NCBI GenBank assembly: GCA_029247205.1
Contig: JAQWLT010000040.1
Span: forward strand, 546 to 64,545
Length of the DNA stretch: 64,000 bases
Source of the DNA: Phycisphaerales bacterium
Lineage (GTDB): Bacteria; Planctomycetota; Phycisphaerae; Phycisphaerales; SM1A02
Direction of reading: 5' to 3'
Position numbers and translations under genes: made by a program. The notes below the pieces were generated by a model. It ran no database searches. It worked only from the letters and a program-made list of their open reading frames with translations, and had not been told where the DNA came from. The number at the start of each line of letters is the position of its first letter. Positions within the stretch are counted from its first letter, which is position 1. Positions 55,860-62,803 of this stretch are shown in pieces.

Positions 55860-57299
55860 ATGCTCAACACAGTCATTGCCGCTGGAACCGAGACCGCCGC
55901 TGCTGCCGGAGCACGTGTAGCTGCCATGGGTGGGAATGCCGTCGATGCCGCTACAGCTGCTGTGGTGGCCTCGTGGGTCTGTGAGCCGGGAATGACTGCT
56001 GTGGGCAGCGCCTTGATTGCCATGGTGCGTCCTGCGGGCGAGCGGGCGATGCTTGTGGACGGTTTGACCGTGATGCCCGGTCTGGGGGGGCACCGAGGCG
56101 AGCCAGCAGGCGGATCACGCATCACGATGCCCTATGGTCCGGGCGTCGAGACCGGCGTCGGACCAGCGTCGGTTGCGGTTCCGGGAGGACCCGCTGCGTT
56201 GGAACTGCTTCAGCAGCGATGGGGCATACTCTCGTGGGCTGAGGTATTGGCCCCAGCGATTCGCCTTGCGGGGGAGGGCTTCCCCTATCCGGAAGTGTCG
56301 GCCACGTACCTGCCTGTTTCGGGCGAGTGTATTTACGATCTCACCGAAGGCGGCCGCCGCATTTGGAGATTCCCGGACGGACGTCCACGCCAAGTTGGTG
56401 ATGTAACGGTGCTGCCAGAATTGGCCGCCGATTTGCAACAGATCGCCGAGGAAGGGGCGAGCGTGCTGTACACAGGCTCGCTTGGGGAGCGGATCGGAGA
56501 GTGGCTGGTCGAGCATGGTGGGGCGTTGTCACAGCAGGACCTCGCGGCTTACCAGCCTTTGGTTCGCCCGCCCAGACAGGCAAACGATCAAGGGTGGACA
56601 GTGTGGACGTCAGACACCATCGGCGGAGAGGCGCTGCTTGAGATGGTCGCAGGATTTTCTGAGATTCCACCTGAAAGTGAGGCCGAGGCGAGACTGCTCG
56701 TTGATGTGATGAGGGCCACGCTTCAGCGTCGAGATGATCGACTTCGCGGCGCTTCAGCATCAACCACGCAGATCTGCGCTGTCGATGAGACGGGCTGCGC
56801 GTGCAGCGTGACGACGTCGACGGGGTATGGATCGGGCGTTGTGGTGCCAGGGACTGGAATCATGCTCAACAATATGCTCGGTGAGTTGGAACTGCTGCCG
56901 CATGGGCCGCATGTACTCAAGCCGGGCGAACGACTGCCCTCGAATATGACGCCGATGATCGCAGTACGCGACGAGTCTGTTGTGGCTCTCGGGGCCGCGG
57001 GTGCCGATCGAATCGCTCCAGCGATTGCGCAGACTTGGCGGGGCATTGTGGCCCGCCGAGCGTCGGTGTCAGCATCTGTCGACGCCCCACGATTTTATGT
57101 TCGAGATGTAAATGGGGCTGCAACGGTGGACTTTGAGCCCGGGTTCGATCCGCTTGGTGTCACATTGCCACTTCATTCATTTGATGAGCGGCATATGTAC
57201 TTTGGAGGCGTCCAGGCGGCTGCACTGTGCGCCGATGGATCGCTTGCTGGTGGCGGTGATCCTCGTCGCGGAGGAGCGACGGCGTTTTACTCGTCATAG
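55860..57299 (+). CDS. gamma-glutamyltransferase family protein (second paralog)
   Basis: 479 aa. 'GGNAVDAATAAVVA' N-terminal block and 'STTQICAVDETGCACSVTTSTGYGSGVVVPGTGIMLNNMLGE' (nucleophile Thr region plus small-subunit core), with 'DPRRGGAT' near the C-terminus. Confidence 0.8.
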   Translation: MLNTVIAAGTETAAAAGARVAAMGGNAVDAATAAVVASWVCEPGMTAVGSALIAMVRPAGERAMLVDGLTVMPGLGGHRGEPAGGSRITMPYGPGVETGVGPASVAVPGGPAALELLQQRWGILSWAEVLAPAIRLAGEGFPYPEVSATYLPVSGECIYDLTEGGRRIWRFPDGRPRQVGDVTVLPELAADLQQIAEEGASVLYTGSLGERIGEWLVEHGGALSQQDLAAYQPLVRPPRQANDQGWTVWTSDTIGGEALLEMVAGFSEIPPESEAEARLLVDVMRATLQRRDDRLRGASASTTQICAVDETGCACSVTTSTGYGSGVVVPGTGIMLNNMLGELELLPHGPHVLKPGERLPSNMTPMIAVRDESVVALGAAGADRIAPAIAQTWRGIVARRASVSASVDAPRFYVRDVNGAATVDFEPGFDPLGVTLPLHSFDERHMYFGGVQAAALCADGSLAGGGDPRRGGATAFYSS

Positions 57300-57314
57300 C
57301 GGTTTGCCGTGAGT

Positions 57315-59432
57315 TTATGCCTCGCCACAGGCCCCCCAGCCTTGCAGCAATTGCAAAAGCCCATCGACACTGTGTTCGCTCCAATTCTCGAGCAGCAGCA
57401 AAAGATCGGACGTATCGATGTCAGCGTCGCGATCGAGGTCGTATGTGCACGTAGACGTGGGGTACTCGTTGGGTGTTGCCCAGGCGAGATTCGGTACGGT
57501 TTCGCGGGTCCAGGTGTCGCGTGGTTCGTTAAATGGCTCGATCGTGACGGATGCGATAGAGGTCGCAGTTGTGTCGAAATCGGGTGAGCCGCCCCAGCCA
57601 ACTTCGTCGCCATAGCCTGAGGCAGCAAACCAGATGCCCAGCCAAAATCGTGCGCCACGAAAGGGGACATTTCCTTGGCCGTACTCATGATCGAGTAACT
57701 CGTCAACAAGCACATCGTCGAAGTACCAGCGCACGCAGCCGACATCGTCTCGAGCATCGCCTCCGTCACCATCGATCAGTGAGCCGCTGTGCCACTCAAT
57801 GGTGTAGTCGTGATATATGCCGGCGGCGTAGTCGTTCGCAAGGTCAACAATCTGATTGTCAGCCCCGCGTAATACGATTCGCCCCTTATGCTCGCCGCCT
57901 TCACCGCCAAATTGGCCGCCCCAAGCGTTGGTGCGTGCGTTGGTAAATGCAATCGTCGTTGGGTCGAGTCCGTATTCGGCTGCCTGGTCTTCACCAGTGC
58001 CTGTGAGGTCGGTGGGGAACTCCCAGTCAATCTCGGTGTTGCGGCGTGGATTGGGTTCATGCCAGTACTCCGCTTCGGCGGGATGATGGTCGATGTAGTG
58101 AAATGGCCAGAATGCCGTAACTGCACCAAGTGTGGGAGCCACTTTGGCCCGCACGGTGTACTGCCCCGATGCGTAATACTCGCGTGTTGCAATCGCGGCG
58201 CCGACACGGGTACTACGTCCATTGGCTACGACATCGCCATCGTAGAGGTCTCCATGTGCTGTAAGTAGAAGGGCTTTGATTGCCTGACCATTATCGATGT
58301 CGTCAACAATTGAGATATTTTGTGGTGTTACGCCACCATTGTCGCCGCCCCATGCCTTGTTTGAGATCAGCCATCGGCTGGTGTCCAGTCCGTTGTCAAA
58401 TGTTTCGTGCAGGGTTGCAGTTTGCGGTATTGGTTCAATGGCGGTTGTGGGCGACCATTCAGTGCCCGTTGCCGTCCACGTGATGTTGCGATACCACGCG
58501 CTACCGGGTTGGTCTTTCCAGTTCTCCAATTTGAGTGTCGGTGAATCAATCCAGTCATCGTCTGTGCTCACCGGGAGTGTCACGGTGGACCACTGGGTAT
58601 GAGAGATTGGGATCGAACTACTAAAACCACCTGCGGACTCGATGTACATTGAAGCGACGACGCCGGAGTCAACTTTTGCCTGGCAGGTGATTGTCCAGTT
58701 TGTGTTTGGCGGGAGTGTGATAGACAGAGGCTGTACGCAGCGAGACGTGTCGGCTGTCGATGTGAGTTGCATGGCCGGGCCATCTTCATCAACGAATTCA
58801 GCATTCAAGCCAAGCATCCATCCATCACTTCCATTGGCGAAGTCACCATTGACAACAAGATTCTCTCCAGCAACCGGCGCATCAGTGACGGTGGGGGATT
58901 GGGGCCATGGGTCCGCCCCCGGGTCAACTGGCGGTGGCCCATCAATGCGGCCTTCATAAAGTCGCACATCATCAAAGTCAATCGTCACATCAAGATCGGT
59001 TTGCCACGCTTGCAGAACGATTTCAAGGCTGGTGGCATCGGGCTTGGTGAAGACCTCAAAGCGGCGTTCAAGCCATTGGTCTTCATTGCCAGTGGCGACC
59101 CAGCCATGTGCTTTTTCAATCTGGGCCCCGCTGCGAATTGCAACAATTGGCGGCGAGAGACGGTCAGTGGTGCGAATGCGTGTTGCGATGGTGTAGCGTG
59201 TACTCGGCTGCAAACTTCCCACGACGCGGCTCAGTTGTGCCGTGCTGCCTGAGGCAGGCGATAGTCGGGCGTAGGCGGGCGTGGACCAGCCACCAGATGC
59301 GATGACTTCAACCGTTCCATTGACGATCCAGCCTGTCAGGTCGCTATCGAACCCGCCATTGGATATGAGGTCTTGTGGCGTACCCTCTGCAAGTGCGAAT
59401 GCGGCCAGTGGCCACAGTGGTAGTTGAAGCAT
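57315..59432 (-). CDS. secreted GH16 beta-glucanase with two CBM4/9-like modules and a C-terminal dockerin-like module
   Basis: Likely start at ATG 59432 ('MLQLPLWPLAAFALAEG', a signal peptide). The track's GTG 59477 is 15 codons upstream. Two 'NGGFDSDLTGW' / 'NGDFANGSDGW' carbohydrate-binding-type modules. GH16 catalytic motif 'NTEIDWEFP' (E-x-D-x-E). C-terminus 'DLDRDADIDTSDLLLLLENWSEHSVDGLLQLLQGWGACGEA'. Confidence 0.8.
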   Translation of the reverse strand: MLQLPLWPLAAFALAEGTPQDLISNGGFDSDLTGWIVNGTVEVIASGGWSTPAYARLSPASGSTAQLSRVVGSLQPSTRYTIATRIRTTDRLSPPIVAIRSGAQIEKAHGWVATGNEDQWLERRFEVFTKPDATSLEIVLQAWQTDLDVTIDFDDVRLYEGRIDGPPPVDPGADPWPQSPTVTDAPVAGENLVVNGDFANGSDGWMLGLNAEFVDEDGPAMQLTSTADTSRCVQPLSITLPPNTNWTITCQAKVDSGVVASMYIESAGGFSSSIPISHTQWSTVTLPVSTDDDWIDSPTLKLENWKDQPGSAWYRNITWTATGTEWSPTTAIEPIPQTATLHETFDNGLDTSRWLISNKAWGGDNGGVTPQNISIVDDIDNGQAIKALLLTAHGDLYDGDVVANGRSTRVGAAIATREYYASGQYTVRAKVAPTLGAVTAFWPFHYIDHHPAEAEYWHEPNPRRNTEIDWEFPTDLTGTGEDQAAEYGLDPTTIAFTNARTNAWGGQFGGEGGEHKGRIVLRGADNQIVDLANDYAAGIYHDYTIEWHSGSLIDGDGGDARDDVGCVRWYFDDVLVDELLDHEYGQGNVPFRGARFWLGIWFAASGYGDEVGWGGSPDFDTTATSIASVTIEPFNEPRDTWTRETVPNLAWATPNEYPTSTCTYDLDRDADIDTSDLLLLLENWSEHSVDGLLQLLQGWGACGEA

Positions 59433-59728
59433 GAGTTGGTAAACGCTCCTGTGTACTTGACGTGTGAGGATTCTCACAATGGATGGTGTACGAACAAATC
59501 AAGCCCTGTGCGATCAAATTTCACCAATCTCGGCGACTTTCCTTCCCGCAAACCCCACAAAGAATGTCCCGAAGAGTTTGTGCTTCATTATTGGACATTC
59601 ACTCACAGATGCTCTTTTTTGCTCACTGCGAGTGAGTCATCGTTTCTGAAGCGATGCAGTTGAGTCTTAACACAGCTGAGATTGGTTTTTCTCTGCATAC
59701 TGATTGGCATGCACTTTTCTACGCTATG

Positions 59729-59758
59729 AACAACAACACCTCCGTGAATACGGAGGTG
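59729..59758 (-). terminator. candidate intrinsic terminator downstream of the 59793-60707 gene
   Basis: On the minus strand, about 35 nt after the TAA stop: CACCTCCG-TATTCA-CGGAGGTG (8-bp perfect stem at 59737-59744/59751-59758, 6-nt loop), followed by TTGTTGTT. Confidence 0.5.
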
Positions 59759-59792
59759 CTGTTGGATGGCAGTGGTTAGGGGTTGCAATATC

Positions 59793-60707
59793 TTAGGTAT
59801 CGATGCGCGCCAAATCGCCACGCAAACACAAGTACAGTCCTGGGATCAGCGCCAACGCCAATGGAATGCCAAAGAACAAACCTGGGAGGAAGCAAGCGGC
59901 AGTAGAAACTGCAGCAATGACAATCACAACGATGTAGACGCCGACGATTGGCCAAAGATTCCCCGCTGCAATCTCACGGCCTCGACGAATGGCGGATGGC
60001 ACGTCAGATTTATTCTCTTTCGGATCGAGAGAAGCCATAGTCGACCATGGCAGCCATGTCAGCAGGAACACGAGTCCGACAAACATCACAAGAGTACCAC
60101 CGATCATCAGGCCATTGTTCCGGCTCGATTTCACAATGTTCAACTGCCTTTGTGTCTCCTTGATTTTTGCCAAATCCTTTTGTTGCTCAGCAGTTGCATC
60201 TTGCTTGGCCTTCTTATTTTCAGCAGCGTTCGCCTCTCGCTCCTTCTGATTGTCCTTGCTAAGTTGCAGCGCATCGGTGATCAGATCCCAGCCGAGTTCC
60301 ATTTGAACAAACTGGTTTGCATTTGACGCTGCGATGATTGCTACACCTGGCAATAGGCATGCATTGCCCATCAGAGCAAGTATGACAATTTGGATGTAGC
60401 GACCCGCGCAGGCTCCTGGTCCTTGACGGACACGGCGCACGATTCTGTATAGCAAGTAAGCAGCAATAGGACTCACAACGAGACTGGAAAATAGGAACCA
60501 GGTTGCAATGGATGCAATCTGACCAGCAAGGACTTCGGTTTCATCGCCAGTAGCCCAGATACCAACGCCAAGACGACTGATCAGTGTGACCAAAAGGAGC
60601 AACACAATAGGAACCATCATTCCTAAACAAAGGAGATAGTTTGACTTAAATGTGCTCCATACCGATTCGAATAGACGGCTAAAACCACAGTGATTTGAAT
60701 GATTCAT
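59793..60707 (-). CDS. polytopic membrane protein with a charged coiled-coil loop (no family recognised)
   Basis: 304-aa ORF with an ATG start. About six hydrophobic helices. The central loop 'KDNQKEREANAAENKKAKQDATAEQQKDLAKIKETQRQL' is Lys/Glu/Gln-rich. The gene and both flanks are visibly AT-richer than the rest of the window. Confidence 0.5.
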   Translation of the reverse strand: MNHSNHCGFSRLFESVWSTFKSNYLLCLGMMVPIVLLLLVTLISRLGVGIWATGDETEVLAGQIASIATWFLFSSLVVSPIAAYLLYRIVRRVRQGPGACAGRYIQIVILALMGNACLLPGVAIIAASNANQFVQMELGWDLITDALQLSKDNQKEREANAAENKKAKQDATAEQQKDLAKIKETQRQLNIVKSSRNNGLMIGGTLVMFVGLVFLLTWLPWSTMASLDPKENKSDVPSAIRRGREIAAGNLWPIVGVYIVVIVIAAVSTAACFLPGLFFGIPLALALIPGLYLCLRGDLARIDT

Positions 60708-60975
60708 ACTTGAGTTCTCTTTTTATTCACGAAACGATCGCTCGTACAAATGAACGGTACACAGGCTGACTTCCTTCGAAGAACGGAGATCTACTTCAAA
60801 GAACATATGTGAAGAGGCAGCGTTCTGCAATATTCGTCGAGATTGAGCGTGCAAGCCAACTCTGAGTATCTCTCACTGGCTGAGTATGTAAGTGTTTCCT
60901 AATCTCATCAGGCAAACAAGAGTGAGTCTTTTCTACAGAAGATCACACTCGCAGAGGTTCGTGGAGCATGCTTCC

Positions 60976-61140
60976 TTACCTCGCACCTGTCGCTGAACCG
61001 AGACCCCATGCTCCGATCAGGATGAGAAGGTCACCGACGTCGGTATCACCATCGCAATCGCGGCCACCATGTGTCTGATACGCGGCGAGTAAGGAAAGCA
61101 ATTCATTCACATTGATTTCGCTGTTGCCATCAAGACCATC
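60976..61140 (-). pseudogene. orphan dockerin-like cassette, out of frame with and directly abutting the stop of the M23 gene
   Basis: Hand translation (minus strand, +1 relative to the 61139-62803 frame): DDGLDGNSEINVNELLSLLAAYQTHGGRDCDGDTDVGDLLILIGAWGLGSATGAR, then stop TAA 60976-60978. No start codon. The frame is closed by a TGA only 4 codons upstream of the DDGLDG. Closely parallels the C-terminus of the 62796-64000 gene. Confidence 0.55.
61063..61086. repeat. 24-nt exact repeat copy A (GCCACCATGTGTCTGATACGCGGC), dockerin-coding
   Basis: Identical to 62877-62900. The flanks align imperfectly for roughly 100 nt (for example GACGTCGGTATC is shared upstream). Confidence 0.9.
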
Positions 61141-62803
61141 ATCCCCAACCAGCGATCACGATAAGCAGATCGGTGATGTCAACCTCTCCATCTTGATTGT
61201 GATCTCCTGAGCAGATGCTGCAGGAACCCCATTCGTTCAGGATGACCAGCAGGTCTACGATGTCGACGTTGCCGTCACAGTTGCTGTCGCCAGAGGACTC
61301 TCCAGATAGACGCACTTTGGCGATTGCTGTTGGTGCATTCAGAACACCATCTGATGGGATGACTTGGCACTCGACAACAGCACCATCGCAGCCTTCCAAT
61401 CGTGGCAGGTGGTCGGCCAGACCTGCGGAGATCGTGTTACGGAGAACTCGGCCGCCCACGGACCAGGTGTAGCGATAACGAACAAGGTCCCAGTCGGGCT
61501 CATTCACATCAAGCGTGTAGACACGGCAGGTGAGTACATCATCTGTCGAAGCGTTCTGAGGGCTGATGGTGGTGAGTACGTTTTCGGGTGGCCGATTGGG
61601 AAGAATCGTCCCTGGTTCGAGGACTTCCAGTGGAAAGTTGATGTACGGATTATCGTTGACAATCATATTCACCGTCCACGTGCCGGGGATCGTGTGCAAT
61701 CCAGGAATATCCCATACGAACCAGGTGATGAATTGCCGGTAGGAGGTCGATGAGAAATTCATCCACTCCGTGCCTGTGTCAAAGTTCAAATTCCCGGACG
61801 GGTCATAGAACTGCATGCGATACGTGCTGAGGATTCCAATATCCGTGGCATACGTCCACAACCACAGTCTGTCGTGATCCAGCGTGATGGATCCTTCCAA
61901 AGGCGGTCGCCACGAATAGATCTCATCCGCAAAGAAGGTATTCAGATTGGTCGTCGTGATGCCGAAGTCCCGGCACTTGGCACCGACTGGAATATCGACC
62001 TGATTCTCCCAGCCGCTCTGGCCGGGGTTGCAGGATCCTGCATAGGGTTCGACGGGAATCCACTCGTCGACATTCCCGGTGGGTTCCCAGGTCGAAAATC
62101 GAAGACCAGGCCAATCGGTGCTTCCGCTCGAAGCAACCTGTGCGATCTGCTGACCAGCGCGGACTTCATCACCGACCTCGACACTGGCACTTCCCTGCTT
62201 CAGGCTTTCATACCAGCAGTATCGATCGCCACCATGATGGATGCCAATGTAGTTGGTCAGTCCATCACCCGGCACTTCGTTCTGATCCGGCTCGCTGTCA
62301 CGGACTTGGGTTACCGTGCCATCGAGCACCGCGACCACCGGCACGCCGATGAGCTGATGATCAAAACTCTTGATCCACGCACTGTTCGTATAACTTCCGT
62401 CATACGTGTACCGCCCACCACAATTCCAGTCCTGGAGAGTGCCGTCGGCAGAATCAACATCGACATAGTTGAACATGATCAGGTCTTCCCATTCCCGGCC
62501 CCCGACCGGAAAGATTGGAAATCGCTCGTACAAGCCCCGTGCGCCAGGCCTAGAGAAGGGCCCGTAGCGTCTGCTGTACTCGCTCATGGCCTCGAGGATA
62601 TGGGTCCGATCAGCTGGTCTCATTGGCGAACTGTTGATCCCGGCTACGCCGGCAAGTCCTCCCTCCGGTGACAAGGATGGCTTCCACATCGTGGCGTCTG
62701 CCGGCACCTTGGCTTCGGTCTTGTGCTTCTCTTCTCCGACTTGAGCGGAAACAAGAGTGGAGAGGGCCAGTGTGGCCACGGCGAAGGTCGTTGTTCTAAG
62801 CAT
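61139..62803 (-). CDS. secreted degenerate LytM/M23-domain protein with a C-terminal dockerin-like module
   Basis: Start at ATG 62803 ('MLRTTTFAVATLALSTLVSAQ', a signal peptide), overlapping the upstream stop as ATGCTTAG. M23 fold blocks: 'VPVVAVLDGTVTQV', 'NYIGIHHGGDRYCWYESL', 'VEVGDEVRAGQQIAQVASSG'. The metal/catalytic positions are substituted: YDGS for YDGH, YESL for YxHL, PGLRFS for PHLHFE. C-terminus 'DSNCDGNVDIVDLLVILNEWG...DHNQDGEVDITDLLIVIAGWG'. Confidence 0.75.
   Translation of the reverse strand: MLRTTTFAVATLALSTLVSAQVGEEKHKTEAKVPADATMWKPSLSPEGGLAGVAGINSSPMRPADRTHILEAMSEYSRRYGPFSRPGARGLYERFPIFPVGGREWEDLIMFNYVDVDSADGTLQDWNCGGRYTYDGSYTNSAWIKSFDHQLIGVPVVAVLDGTVTQVRDSEPDQNEVPGDGLTNYIGIHHGGDRYCWYESLKQGSASVEVGDEVRAGQQIAQVASSGSTDWPGLRFSTWEPTGNVDEWIPVEPYAGSCNPGQSGWENQVDIPVGAKCRDFGITTTNLNTFFADEIYSWRPPLEGSITLDHDRLWLWTYATDIGILSTYRMQFYDPSGNLNFDTGTEWMNFSSTSYRQFITWFVWDIPGLHTIPGTWTVNMIVNDNPYINFPLEVLEPGTILPNRPPENVLTTISPQNASTDDVLTCRVYTLDVNEPDWDLVRYRYTWSVGGRVLRNTISAGLADHLPRLEGCDGAVVECQVIPSDGVLNAPTAIAKVRLSGESSGDSNCDGNVDIVDLLVILNEWGSCSICSGDHNQDGEVDITDLLIVIAGWG

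Noticed and set aside
59622-59636. CTCACT-GCG-AGTGAG inverted repeat preceded by a T6 run, considered as a terminator
   Set aside because: The T-run is on the wrong side of the stem for a plus-strand terminator, and the minus strand would have an A-run after the stem. The stem is only 6 bp with a 3-nt loop. It may be a protein-binding site, but that is unsupported.
61128-61141. Programmed +1 ribosomal frameshift (RF2-like) at GGA-TGA joining the M23 gene to the downstream dockerin cassette
   Set aside because: There is no slippery codon: tRNA-Gly on GGA cannot re-pair on GAU. There is also no properly spaced internal SD as in prfB. An indel or a silent cassette is more parsimonious, so the idea stands only as a minor alternative in the finding.
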